From: Candidatus Binatia bacterium
GTDB lineage: Bacteria > Desulfobacterota > Binatia > Bin18
DNA length: 64,000 nucleotides
NCBI GenBank assembly: GCA_963664395.2
Contig: OY761159.2
Span: forward strand, 1,728,001 to 1,792,000
Direction of reading: 5' to 3'
Positions 19,856 through 29,965 of the stretch are shown one piece after another. The position numbers were made by a program, and so were the translations under genes. The notes under the pieces are model-generated. The model did no database searches. It saw only the letters and a list, made by a program, of their open reading frames with translations, and was not told the DNA's origin. Each line of letters begins with the position of its first letter. Positions within the stretch are counted from its first letter, which is position 1.

Positions 19856-21454
19856 GTGACCCAACACTATGATGCTATCGTCATCGGTGCCGGCGTGTCC
19901 GGCCTGTATGCTCTCTATAAACTCCGCCAACTCGGCCTCTCGGCACGGGTGCTCGAGGCCGGCACCGATATCGGCGGCACCTGGTACTGGAATCGCTACC
20001 CAGGTGCCCGTTTCGACTCCGAGAGCTATTCCTACCAATACTCCTTTTCCCAGGAACTGATCGACGAATGGGAGTGGAGCGAGCACTTCTCGGGCCAACC
20101 GGAAGTGGAGCGGTATCTGCACTTTGTCGCGGACAAATTCGATCTGAAGCGTGACATCGAGTGCAACGCCCGCGTGGCGACCGTCGTGTACGACGAAACA
20201 GACAAGCGCTGGGAGATTGAGACCCACAACGGTGTGCGCGCCCAGGCGCGCTACGTGATCTGCGCCACCGGGCTGCTGTCGGCCCACCAGTTTCCGGACT
20301 ATGCAGGAGTGAAAGACTTCGCCGGCCTGTCGCTGCACAGCGCCCGCTGGCCGAAAGAAGCGGTCGATTTCACGGGCAAGCGCGTCGGCATCATCGGCAC
20401 CGGCCCGACCGGTGTCCAGATCATTCAGTCCATTGCCCCCGAGTGTGAACAGCTGACCGTTTTTCAGCGCACCGCGAATTGGTGCACCCCGCTGCGTAAC
20501 CGCCCGATTAGCGCCGCGGAGCAACGAGAACTCAAAAAAAACGCGGATGATATTTTCGCCCTGTGCAAACGCACCTGGGCCGGCTTCATTCACGAACCGG
20601 ACACGCGCGCCGCGCTGGACGTGCCGAGAGAGGAGCGCCTGGCCCGCTATCAGGAATTATACGAGCGCGGCGGGTTCGCGCTGTGGTTGGGCAATTACAG
20701 CGATTCATTCATGTCACAGCAAGCCGCGGATGAGGTCGCCGCGTTCCTGGCCAACAAGATCCGCGAGCGCGTCACCGACCCGGTGCTGGCCGAAAAACTT
20801 ATCCCGAAGCATACCTTCGGCACCAAGCGCTGTCCGGGCGAGAAGAATTACTACGAGACCTTCAACCGTGACAATGTCAGCCTGGTTGATCTGCGCGACA
20901 CGCCGATCACGAAGATCACCTCCAGCGGAGTCGCAACCGGCAACGCGGTGCACGAACTCGACGTGATTATTTATGCCACCGGCTTTCATAGCGTGACCGG
21001 CGAACTGCTGCGGATGGATATCCGTGGCCAACACGGGCGTAGCCTGCAAGAGCACTGGTCCGACGGGCCACGCACCAACCTGGGCGTGCAGTTTTCGGGC
21101 TTCCCGAACCTGTGGGCCATTATGGGGCCGCACAATCCGGCGGTGTTCTGCAATATCACTCGCTGTGCCGAGAGTAATGTCGAGTGGATCGTCGACTGCA
21201 TCCGCTATATGCGCGAGCACGGGTTCGAGACCATGACCACAACCGTCGCGGCCGAAGACGCCTGGACCCAGCGCTGCTATGACTCGACCCAAGGGCTGCT
21301 TATCAATGAGATGCAGGATTCGTGGTTCTTCGGCAGTACCAATCCCGAGAACGTGCGCGGCCGCTTCCTGTTGTTTGCCGGCGGCGTGCCGCTCTACCGG
21401 GAGATATTCGCCGACGTGGCGGCCAAGGGCTACCAAGGCTTCGAGCTGCGCTAA
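19856..21454 (+). CDS. Baeyer-Villiger monooxygenase (CHMO/PAMO-like)
   Basis: GAGVSG, GGTWYWNRYPGARFD, FAGLSLHSARWP, GTGPTG, ATGF. Confidence 0.93.
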   Translation: MTQHYDAIVIGAGVSGLYALYKLRQLGLSARVLEAGTDIGGTWYWNRYPGARFDSESYSYQYSFSQELIDEWEWSEHFSGQPEVERYLHFVADKFDLKRDIECNARVATVVYDETDKRWEIETHNGVRAQARYVICATGLLSAHQFPDYAGVKDFAGLSLHSARWPKEAVDFTGKRVGIIGTGPTGVQIIQSIAPECEQLTVFQRTANWCTPLRNRPISAAEQRELKKNADDIFALCKRTWAGFIHEPDTRAALDVPREERLARYQELYERGGFALWLGNYSDSFMSQQAADEVAAFLANKIRERVTDPVLAEKLIPKHTFGTKRCPGEKNYYETFNRDNVSLVDLRDTPITKITSSGVATGNAVHELDVIIYATGFHSVTGELLRMDIRGQHGRSLQEHWSDGPRTNLGVQFSGFPNLWAIMGPHNPAVFCNITRCAESNVEWIVDCIRYMREHGFETMTTTVAAEDAWTQRCYDSTQGLLINEMQDSWFFGSTNPENVRGRFLLFAGGVPLYREIFADVAAKGYQGFELR

Positions 21455-21598
21455 AGCGTTCTGGCTCTGAGTGCGCTGCGGACAGGTGCTGCTCAATCCG
21501 CAGGCGCGGTCTGACACGGGGGGTAATGTCAGGTTCATGCGGGTCGCGCACCATTTATCCCTCTGACCGGAGGCCCGTGACCGGAGAAAGCAACAGCT

Positions 21599-22558
21599 AT
21601 GGCGGAACAGCGGATATTTACTGAACGCGACGACCGCTTTCACTCTGACGAGATGGTCGGGGACTGGTGGTCAACGGAGACGGCCTGGTTTTCATTCGCT
21701 CACCCGGAACGGCGCCTGGGCGGTTGGTTGTATACGCTGGCGCGGCCCAATATCGGCACGGTCGCGGGCGGGGCCTGGGTCTGGGACGCTTCGGCCCACC
21801 TGCCCTGGGAAGCCCTGTATTCGGCAAACTACACCGCCCTGGAACTCCCACGCGATCAGGACTTGAACGACATTACGTTACCGACCGGTGTTTCGATTCG
21901 GGTGATCGAACCGTGTATGTCCTACGCACTGGGCTATAACGATGCGCCACGTTTGCAGGCAGCGCTGCGTTTTGAGGGCGTGATGCCGCCCGAGCCGCTG
22001 ACCAGCACGGGTTCGACTTTTGGGCGTTCGCATCATTTCGATCAGATCGGACGGGTGAGCGGAGAAATCATTCTGCACGGAGAAACGATCCCTATTGACT
22101 GTCTGGCCGTGCGCGACCGCACCTGGGGACGGCGGCGCGAGGACCGCCCGCGTCAGGCGGCCTATGTCACCGGTGTGGCCACGGCCCGGCACGGCTTTCT
22201 CGCCGTCACCAACGTGGAGGCAGACCGGAATCCCGTCGCGTATGGCTTTCTCCACCGCGATGGACGGACGCGACCTCTGACGCAGGGCGAGCGCCGGGTT
22301 GAGCGGGATACAGCAAACGGCTGGATCACCCGCGTCGAGATTCAGGCGCGCGATACCGAAGGCCGGGCGCTCCATGCTATCGGTGAGCCGTTGAGTCGGA
22401 TTGTGATTAATCGGCACACGTTTATCGATATCAACAGCCTGATTCGCTGGGAGATCAATGGAGAAGGCGGCCACGGGGAGGACCAGGACATGTGGCCCGT
22501 TCACCGCTGGTCCCGTATGCGGCGTAACGCCCGGACAGCAGACAGAGGGAACATCTGA
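21599..22558 (+). CDS. Tocopherol-cyclase-like beta-barrel hypothetical protein
   Basis: ETAWFSF, HFDQIGRVSGEI, RDRTWGRR; typical partner of APH-family phosphotransferases. Confidence 0.65.
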   Translation: MAEQRIFTERDDRFHSDEMVGDWWSTETAWFSFAHPERRLGGWLYTLARPNIGTVAGGAWVWDASAHLPWEALYSANYTALELPRDQDLNDITLPTGVSIRVIEPCMSYALGYNDAPRLQAALRFEGVMPPEPLTSTGSTFGRSHHFDQIGRVSGEIILHGETIPIDCLAVRDRTWGRRREDRPRQAAYVTGVATARHGFLAVTNVEADRNPVAYGFLHRDGRTRPLTQGERRVERDTANGWITRVEIQARDTEGRALHAIGEPLSRIVINRHTFIDINSLIRWEINGEGGHGEDQDMWPVHRWSRMRRNARTADRGNI

Positions 22559-22995
22559 TGGCGGACTATGTGCAACTGGCGCCGGACGCGCTCCTGGAAC
22601 GCATCGCCCGCACGCTCAAAAAAGAGATCGGCCCGGCGGTTGAAGCCGTCTCCCCCAAGACGCAGGCGTTCATGGCGTCGGTGGTGTTGCAAAAACTCGC
22701 CGGTCAACTACGGCTGGCTGACGAACACGCCGCGGCCGGCCGACGCGATTTGCAGGAACTCGCGACAGAGCTGGCCGGAGAACTCGATACAGCCTCAGTG
22801 GACACGCCGCCTTCCCTTCGGGCCGCCGTGCATACTGTGCGCCAAGACCTCGATACGGCGAGTGTGTCCCGTCTGATTGAAACCCTATATGCAACCCGGT
22901 CCGAGCTGGGTGAGGAACGCTTTGAGAGCCTCATCGGTCGCGTTCGCACCCGGCTGCGCGCCCGCATTGACCGCGAGATGGTGTACGCCGCATGA
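22558..22995 (+). CDS. Small helical hypothetical protein
   Basis: Translationally coupled to both neighbours (TGATG and ATGA overlaps). Confidence 0.7.
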   Translation: MADYVQLAPDALLERIARTLKKEIGPAVEAVSPKTQAFMASVVLQKLAGQLRLADEHAAAGRRDLQELATELAGELDTASVDTPPSLRAAVHTVRQDLDTASVSRLIETLYATRSELGEERFESLIGRVRTRLRARIDREMVYAA

Positions 22996-24038
22996 CACAG
23001 CAGGCTCCTGACGATCAGGCTATGGCGGAACGCATCCGCCGGTATATTGAGACACAGCTACCGGACGCCTCGGACCTGCGCCTCGAAGCAATGGAGCGCA
23101 TTGCCGTGGGCTGGTCGCATGAAACCTGGCTCTTTGACGCGCATTGGACGGAGGGTGGCGTTTCAAAAACGCAGGGCCTGTGCCTGCGGCGCGATCCCGG
23201 TAATGCGTTGTTGCGCCACTTCTCTGACCTCGGGGTGCAGTTTCAGGTTCTCCGCAGTTTAACGTCCACGCCCCTCCCCACCCCCAAGCCGTACTGGTAC
23301 GAGAGCGATACCAGCATTCTCGGCAAACCCTTCCTGGTGATGGAAAAAGTGGCCGGGACCTGTCCCAGCCCGTGGGGTTCGGCCGGTCGGCGCTTTTACG
23401 CCGAGGCGGCCGCGCGCGGTACGCTGCCGAAGAGTTTTACCGCCGCACTGGCCAGCCTGCATACGATTGATTGGGAAGCGGCCGGTCTGTCGTTCCTGGG
23501 CGTGCCCGAGTCAGGCAACGACTTTGCGCTGCGTGAAGTCCGGAAATGGTGCGAGCTGGTAGAAATCTCTCAGCAGGAACCGCATCCCATCCTCGTAGAC
23601 CTCATCGGCTGGCTCAAGGCCAACGCCCCGGAGACTCAGCGCCTGACCCTGGTCCACGGCGCTTATCGGACCGGCAACCTGTTAATCGACAACGATCAAA
23701 TATCGGCGGTGCTCGACTGGGAGCTGCAAGTCATCGGAGACCCGATGTACGACGTGGCCTATGTCCTGACCGACCTCAACCGTGAGGGCAGCGCGTTATT
23801 GTCTCACCTCGTTGAGCGGGATGCTTTTTTCCGGGAGTATGAGCAAGCCACCGGAATCGAGATCGACGAAGCGGTCTGCCAGTACTACGGCATGCTGTAT
23901 CAGTTGCGCTCAGCCGCTTTCTGGATGAGTGCGGCGGGTTTATACGCTTCGGGCCAGAGTGACGACATTCGCCTGGCTCGCACGGCCTGGTCCGTCCCCT
24001 TTGTCCTGGAGGGTGCCGCGCGGGCGTTGGGCTATTAG
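22992..24038 (+). CDS. APH / ACAD10-like phosphotransferase
   Basis: GWSHET, LRRDP, PFLVME, LVHGAYRTGNLL, VLDWE, GDPMYD. Confidence 0.88.
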   Translation: MTQQAPDDQAMAERIRRYIETQLPDASDLRLEAMERIAVGWSHETWLFDAHWTEGGVSKTQGLCLRRDPGNALLRHFSDLGVQFQVLRSLTSTPLPTPKPYWYESDTSILGKPFLVMEKVAGTCPSPWGSAGRRFYAEAAARGTLPKSFTAALASLHTIDWEAAGLSFLGVPESGNDFALREVRKWCELVEISQQEPHPILVDLIGWLKANAPETQRLTLVHGAYRTGNLLIDNDQISAVLDWELQVIGDPMYDVAYVLTDLNREGSALLSHLVERDAFFREYEQATGIEIDEAVCQYYGMLYQLRSAAFWMSAAGLYASGQSDDIRLARTAWSVPFVLEGAARALGY

Positions 24039-24066
24039 GCGGGGCGGATGTGAAACCCGCCCCCAC
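24036..24066. repeat. REP-like hairpin between convergent genes
   Basis: ggggcggatgtgaaacccgcccc palindrome. Confidence 0.55.
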
Positions 24067-24069
24067 CGC

Positions 24070-24642
24070 TTAATGGCCAATGGGACAGAAAGACACCTCA
24101 CCGACCTGCGTGCGGGTGTCATCATCCACGTCCGTCCGAAATGTCGCGTGTACCCGGTTCACGAATGCGGCCAGGGCCACAGTCATGCACAATTCCAGCA
24201 GTTCCTCACGCGGGAAGCGCGCCTCAAGCTCTGCGTACAGGCCGTCGTCCACCCGATTCTCCCGAGTCAACACTTCCGCGTAACGCAGCACCAGGCGGTC
24301 CGTGGCGTCAAACAGCGGTGTGGTTTCCCAGTCCGCCATGGCCGCCATCTCCGCATCCGTCAGTCCGACGCTCCGACCGAGCATCACATGCGTCGGCACT
24401 CAATAGTGACAGGAATTGAGCTGCGAAGCGCGCAGGTAGGCGAGCTCGCGGTAGCGCGGCGCGAGCTGCGGATCATGATACAGCGCAGTGCCAATAGCGG
24501 TCAGCCCGGACAGAAAATCGGCATGGTTCCCAAACAGCTTCATCACATTCAGCACCGGCAGGTTGGGTCCGGCGAAACGCTCATACAGGGCGCGGACTTC
24601 CGGCGAAGCGTGTTCGGGCTCAACAAGGGGAATACGTGACAT
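24070..24642 (-). CDS. AhpD / carboxymuconolactone decarboxylase family probable selenoprotein (C-H-Y-U)
   Basis: ORFs 24400-24681 and 24070-24399 are in frame and separated only by TGA, giving RELAYLRASQLNSCHY*VPTH. GGAGG RBS before ATG 24642; downstream hairpin. Confidence 0.85.
24363..24399 (-). promoter_or_regulatory. Candidate bacterial SECIS
   Basis: After the TGA: GTGCCGACGCATGTG-ATGCTC-GGTCG-GAGCGT-CGGAC; a G-initiated apical loop begins 22 nt after the UGA. Confidence 0.65.
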
Positions 24643-24693
24643 ACGACCTCCGGGAAAACGGGGGGTTTTCATCTTCTGCACTCGGCCCGCTGG

Positions 24694-24996
24694 TCAGACC
24701 GGCAATTTGGTCAGAATCTGAAGCGTCTCGTCCTCAACGATTTCTTCGATGACCGGCACCCACTTCTGCCATTCCGGGTCGTGGGCGGCTTTGTCCAGGG
24801 TGGACTGAACCGCGTTCGCATCCGGCAGCTCCCAGACATCGACCACGCTGTTCATCCGACCAATCGAATTGAAATAGCTGCCCAGCAGTTTCCAGCCACC
24901 CAGCCGGCCCAGCACGGGTGTTACGCCTTGCAGCAATTCGGTAAATTGACCGACGCTGCCCGATTTCAGCTTCACGCTCGCAAACAAATAGACCAT
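24694..24996 (-). CDS. NIPSNAP-family protein
   Basis: GWKLLGSYFNSIGRMNSVVDVWE and DPEWQ; about 100 aa; AGGAAGG RBS. Confidence 0.8.
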   Translation of the reverse strand: MVYLFASVKLKSGSVGQFTELLQGVTPVLGRLGGWKLLGSYFNSIGRMNSVVDVWELPDANAVQSTLDKAAHDPEWQKWVPVIEEIVEDETLQILTKLPV

Positions 24997-25186
24997 ACGC
25001 TGCCTTCCTCTATAAATTGAATGGAATTGAATGCCGGGAGCGTAACCAGCAGAGAGCCCTTGGTCAAGCCGCACTCCTGAACCCTCAGTCCCCCTCGACT
25101 ATTTTCCCCCTCTTGAGACGTGTGATGCAAATACCGTGTGGCGTCGCACGTCGAAAACGAGATCGGGAGGGGTTGGAGCCAGCGGA

Positions 25187-25278
25187 ATCCACCCCGGCCC
25201 TGCGGGCCACCCCTCCCAAGAGGGGAGTTTTTCCTATCCCCTCCCTGGAGGGGTGCCGCGTAGCGGCGGGGTGGGTTG
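25187..25278. repeat. Inverted pair of CCCCTCCC...GAGGGG REP-like units
   Basis: ccaccccggccctgcgggccacccctcccaagagggg ... cccctccctggaggggtgccgcgtagcggcggggtgggt, directly after the protease stop. Confidence 0.8.
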
Positions 25279-25283
25279 CCCCC

Positions 25284-27653
25284 TCACTCCACCCCCGTAA
25301 TGACAAAGTTCTGCTGCTCCTGCCGCCACTCGACCATCACCGACTGCCCCGTGGAGGGAAAATCTGCCAACTCGAACTCGCCGCTCAATCCCCGTGCAAA
25401 CTCTTCTCCAAAGGTCGTTACAAACACCGCGCTCCAAGAGAACGGTTCCGTCTCCTCGTCGGCAAAGGCCCGCACCGTGTGCCATCCGTCTCCCAATATG
25501 TTCCAGTTCCACAACAGCCCAAACCCGTTGTCATTGTCACCACAGACGCCCTCGGTGTCGCTCCGTTCGGTGCCCGAGCCCGCTTGGGTTGTGATTACTT
25601 CTCCGGTGGTTCCGTTGGTAAGCTCAATTCTGACCGACTCAGCACGACAGTGCCACCCGGAAACGACCCCAACTCCACTGTGGGCCGAACCCGGCGCAGG
25701 ATTCCCCATGATTCCGACTCTTGTGTCCCGAATCGCTCCGGGGTTTGCCACGTCTGCTCTCTGCGAAGCAATGGAAAAATTCTGGCGGGTCTGACTCCAT
25801 TCCAGGGGTGTACTCTTTCCCGCGGCCGGGAAGTCCTGCACGACATACTCTCCACTGAGCCCTCTGGGGAAATCACCCAACCCCAGCGTGGTCACGCTTA
25901 TGTCGTGTGCACCCAGGAGGTGCCCCTCGGCAAATGCTTTCACCGTGTGAGCGCCGTCTCCCAATATGTTCCAGTTCCACAGCAGGCTGAATCCCGTCTT
26001 GTCGTGCCCGCAGACCCCCACCGTGTCACTCCGGAGGGTTCCCACGGCAGCAGGAGAACGGAAGGTCCTGCCATCGGCAAGCTCAAATTCAATGATCACC
26101 TCTCCAGCATCACACACCCAGCCGGAAACCAATCCGATACCACTCTGGGGGGAATCCGGCCCGGGATTTTCCAGGTAACCCACACTCGGCCCTGTTCGAA
26201 AATTTGCAACGCTTGTCCGGGTGTTGTTGAGCGCCCTTGCCGCATCTGCCGGCCCTGCCCGCCCGGTCGCCGTCGAGGTGCTTGCCACTCCCAGGGGATC
26301 TCCTCCGGGGTCGGGGTAAATCCGGCGTGGGTTGGAAAAAAAATGCACACCCGGGCAATCAGTTCCGGCGGCATCCGCGCACAGTATATTGTACGCCATA
26401 ATCGTTTTCCAGCGTGCAGATTCAGGTGCTCCGGGGACAAGTCCCCTCAGGTTGACATACCCGTAAGCGTAGGGAAATGCGCTGAAACAGGTGGAATCTT
26501 CACATCCACTCTCATAACGGTCATGCCTAAGACCCATGAGGTGACCAATTTCATGGACAAATGTGATTGTATGTGTACCGGAAACAGCAAAAGCGAATCT
26601 GCCAGCATTGGCGGGGTTTTTAAAACTGGCATTTCGGTTTGCGACTCCTCCAATTTTTAATCGCATTAATATCGAGATGTCCGCCCGGGTTTGCTCGCGA
26701 ATGGCATGAATCCCGTCCATATGGCCATCGCTTGAATTATTAAAACGAGTAAGGTCTAAATCGATATCATCCGTCTCCGTATAATTGACCTCTTCTGCTG
26801 CAACCAGCTTGAGAGTTATATTCACCCCGCTGTTTTTATATACCTGGTTGGACTCTGCAATAACGAGATCGACGCCTGCCTTGGTCTGCTTTGTTCCGCT
26901 CGCGGCAGCACGCAATTCGGATGTGTAGAAAACGGCAATGTTTATCACCGAATGAGGTTCCACTGGCAGGGAGCTGTTTAGATCGGATGATGCCTCTGAG
27001 GCCAGTTCTTGCAAGGACGGCAAGAACTCGGCGGTGCGTCTTTCTGAGGGATGGGACTCCTCGTACAGCGGTGAAAATTCAATGCCATCCTCGGGAGTAA
27101 GGGGCGAAGAACACTCAACGCTCTCTTCCACTTCCCTGATGACATATTGTTCCCCATCCCACGATTGGATTTGATAGATTCCATCTGACAGTCGCACTGT
27201 ACCGGACACGGTTTCACCGTTGATGACCAACGCCATCATTCCGAGCGGGTCACCGGCAATCTTTCCCACCACTGCGTATCCGCCGGAGAAGGCCGGGGCG
27301 ATGTGCTCGATAATGCCGGTGACAACTGTGTCGTCAAACAGGTTCAAGCGCAGAGTTGTACCCGGAGCGGGGTTTGCACTCTGGCCTGTAACTGATGGGG
27401 AGGCATCTCCTGCGAGTAGGGCGTTTAAGGAGTCGGCAAGCTCGGTTTGGATATCTCGCAGTTGCCCAAAGTCGATGTCTACGGCCCGGCTGCGTAGCGC
27501 GCGCTCATCGAGTGGGCCGGACGGCGACGGTTCATCAAGTGGCGTAAACAGGTCGGCGGTCTGGCCTGTGACCGGGGGCAGGAGCAGCGCGGCCAGCAAG
27601 ACGGCAGCGCAGGTCCGTCCCAGACGCCGCGGCCCGAACGGGGTAAGAGCCAA
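25284..27653 (-). CDS. Secreted reprolysin-like (M12B) metzincin protease with two C-terminal copies of the unassigned two-Cys domain
   Basis: Signal-like N-terminus, prodomain, HEIGHLMGLRHD zinc motif, TIMAY Met-turn; start codon uncertain. Confidence 0.88.
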   Translation of the reverse strand: MALTPFGPRRLGRTCAAVLLAALLLPPVTGQTADLFTPLDEPSPSGPLDERALRSRAVDIDFGQLRDIQTELADSLNALLAGDASPSVTGQSANPAPGTTLRLNLFDDTVVTGIIEHIAPAFSGGYAVVGKIAGDPLGMMALVINGETVSGTVRLSDGIYQIQSWDGEQYVIREVEESVECSSPLTPEDGIEFSPLYEESHPSERRTAEFLPSLQELASEASSDLNSSLPVEPHSVINIAVFYTSELRAAASGTKQTKAGVDLVIAESNQVYKNSGVNITLKLVAAEEVNYTETDDIDLDLTRFNNSSDGHMDGIHAIREQTRADISILMRLKIGGVANRNASFKNPANAGRFAFAVSGTHTITFVHEIGHLMGLRHDRYESGCEDSTCFSAFPYAYGYVNLRGLVPGAPESARWKTIMAYNILCADAAGTDCPGVHFFSNPRRIYPDPGGDPLGVASTSTATGRAGPADAARALNNTRTSVANFRTGPSVGYLENPGPDSPQSGIGLVSGWVCDAGEVIIEFELADGRTFRSPAAVGTLRSDTVGVCGHDKTGFSLLWNWNILGDGAHTVKAFAEGHLLGAHDISVTTLGLGDFPRGLSGEYVVQDFPAAGKSTPLEWSQTRQNFSIASQRADVANPGAIRDTRVGIMGNPAPGSAHSGVGVVSGWHCRAESVRIELTNGTTGEVITTQAGSGTERSDTEGVCGDNDNGFGLLWNWNILGDGWHTVRAFADEETEPFSWSAVFVTTFGEEFARGLSGEFELADFPSTGQSVMVEWRQEQQNFVITGVE

Positions 27654-27807
27654 AGAGTCTTTCAGAGATTATCTCCCGGGGCACCGGCTATCGTGCCAAA
27701 CATTATTGAGAAGGTTTGCGTCGTAGACTTGTTGTTTATTAGCCACGGTACTTTTACAGAGTTCCTGTTCTTATTGTGAACTTCCGGCTTCAGCAGCTAG
27801 CAGTGAT

Positions 27808-28485
27808 CTAGGCTGCCATGAACGCCGGGGGAGCGGCTTCCTCGGTATCAAACAGCGGATCGGCGCCGAGCTTGCGGAGTTCCGGCATGACCTCTTTGGC
27901 GAAGAGACGCATGCTGGCCTGGGCCTCCTCAAAAGGCATGCCGCCAAACTTGAAGGCATTGATACTGGCGCAGCAATGCGGATGGCCGGTAGTGTCTCAG
28001 TTTGAATCCTTTGGCTTTCGCTCTCGTATGGCGGACCTTGACTCCGCCTGCCGCAGTGTTTTGGCCTCACTGATAATTTTAGCCGCGCTGATAAAGGGAT
28101 ACTGTGCATAATTTGCCGCCCTTGTCCCTACCAAAATTAGTAGGAAGTGAAAAAAAATGACGCGGGCGTCGAAAAAGATGGGCAGGCAATCGGCGGCGAG
28201 GAGAAGCAATTTCAAAGTGAGACACTACCGAATGGCCGGATACCACGGCATAACCACCACCATGGAACCCACTTTGATATTTGGGTTGTAGCCGGCCATA
28301 TACGCCAGGAACTGGGTAACGTTGGGATTCATGATGTAGTCGGTGAAGTGGTGCTCAATGCCCCATACCGACTGGAAACCGAGGTCGGCCGCCTCTTTGG
28401 CCAGCGCCATGTCTTCCTGGTAAATCTGGTAATCCGTGACGACTTGATTGGGATTCTGGAATATCGCGGTATGTCCTATGTGCAT
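27808..28485 (-). pseudogene. LLM-class flavin oxidoreductase with large internal deletion and MITE insertion
   Basis: N-terminus (GFQSVWGIEHHFTDY...PWYPAIR) joins, across the MITE, almost directly to the C-terminus (FKFGGMPFEEAQASMRLFAKEVMPEL). Confidence 0.85.
27988..28229. mobile_element. 242-bp MITE
   Basis: TIRs ggtagtgtctcagtttgaa / ttcaaagtgagacactacc; 8-bp flanks ggatggcc / gaatggcc (1 mismatch). Confidence 0.88.
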
Positions 28486-28531
28486 ACAGGTTCCTCCTTT
28501 GGGAATAATGTTGTGTGCCCGTGTGGGGCCA

Positions 28532-28945
28532 TCAGTCGAGATGCAGAGTCGGGCCGCCGTTCTCGAACCACAGCCGGTTGTCGAAATAATCTCGCCAGTC
28601 GCAGATCTTGCCGGCGGTATTGACATCGAACATGCCGATGCAGGGCAGCTTGAGTCCCCAGCCCTTGCCGTCGAAGTCCCAGCAGTCGAGCCGTTCGGTG
28701 ACAACCGTATTGCCGTGCCCAAAGCAGTTGCGCAGCTCCCAGTGCACCCGCTGCGAGAGCTGCAGGATGCCTGCGACAATCTTGCGCACATCCTGCTGGC
28801 CGACCACCGGTTCGAGCGGCTGGTTGATATAGACAATATCGTCTGACAGACAGGCCATGGCCACGTCCGGGTCAACCGCCCGCCAGGCGTCGATGAACAA
28901 GCGCACCTTGAGGACGTTGCGCTCAACAATTTCATCCTGAGTCAT
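28532..28945 (-). CDS. Limonene-1,2-epoxide hydrolase family (NTF2-like)
   Basis: DDIVYIN.P, VVTERLD, G.F.V...GKI..WRDYFD. Confidence 0.85.
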   Translation of the reverse strand: MTQDEIVERNVLKVRLFIDAWRAVDPDVAMACLSDDIVYINQPLEPVVGQQDVRKIVAGILQLSQRVHWELRNCFGHGNTVVTERLDCWDFDGKGWGLKLPCIGMFDVNTAGKICDWRDYFDNRLWFENGGPTLHLD

Positions 28946-29153
28946 AGGACCTCCGTTATGGTTTTTGTGACTAGGGTAGCCAGAGCAACTAGCTCTCTTC
29001 TTGGCAATTCGGACTATCTAGCGCCAAGCGAGCGAATGGTCAATTACGTATGCGCCCAGAACCGGAACCGGCCTGACGCTTGTCAATGCACGACGCTGGG
29101 TGTAGGTCATACGGAGCGACAGCCCTGAAAAAGTTCTTGTGAGGAGCAGGCTT

Positions 29154-29840
29154 ATGTTCTTCATGTGGTTTAGCGAACGTGCCTATCACTATACGCCCGA
29201 AGAAGACCCGGAACGCTACCGCGAGCTTGAAACCGAGATTGTCCGAGAGCGCAGTTTCTGGGGCACCCCGAATACCTTCCTCGACCGCGCCCACTGCGCA
29301 AAGCTGTTGAATCAATACATCGACGAAAGAGTGTACACCGACTCTGAACTGCTGAATTTTGACGGCGTGATGCTCAACGAGCACCACGCCACCCCGATGT
29401 GCCTCGGCTCGGTGATGGATGTCGAAGCGGCCGTACTGGCGCGGGCTACCCAGCGAGTGAAGATCGTCCTGCTCGGCAATCCGGTCGCAACCACGGCCAA
29501 TCCGCTCCGCCTGTCCGAAGAGCTGGCCATGATCGACCTGATCTCGGGCGGACGGCTCGTGCCGGGCTGGGTGCGCGGCGCCGGCAGCGAGCAACTGTCG
29601 AACAACACCAACCCGGCTCTCAACCGTGAGCTGTTTGAAGAAGGTATTGATGTCGTCATCCAGGCCTGGACCAAACCCGGTCCCTTTCGCTACGAGGGCA
29701 AGCACTTCCACTATCGCCACGTGAACCCCTGGGTCCTGCCGCTGCAGGAGCCCCACCCGCCCTTCTGGATTCCCGGTCTGAAGCCGCTCAACGGCAGCGC
29801 TCCCGAACCCGTCTCGGACCGCGCCGCGCTCGCCCTGTAG
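29154..29840 (+). pseudogene. LLM-class oxidoreductase, C-terminally truncated
   Basis: FDGVMLNEHH, NPLRLSEELAMIDLISGGRL, PLQEPHPPFWIPG; homology then ends, at about half the normal length. Confidence 0.8.
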
Positions 29841-29880
29841 GAACGCTCCTACAGCGGGAACAGTGCGGGCTCGGCATTTT

Positions 29881-29923
29881 CTCCCCTCTCGGGAGGGGTG
29901 GCCCGAAGGGCCGGGGTGGGTTG
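29881..29923. repeat. CCCCTC...GAGGGG REP-like unit
   Basis: ctcccctctcgggaggggtggcccgaagggccggggtgggttg, downstream of the giant gene. Confidence 0.75.
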
Positions 29924-29965
29924 TCCCTCTTCCCGCTCTTTCTCTATCCGCTGCCGTACCCCCGC

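Noticed and set aside
25017-26660. Long plus-strand ORFs here and at 34442-36013, and minus-strand ORFs 3182-4492 and 48222-49841
   Set aside because: Antisense shadows of well-supported genes in GC-rich DNA, with no recognisable motifs.
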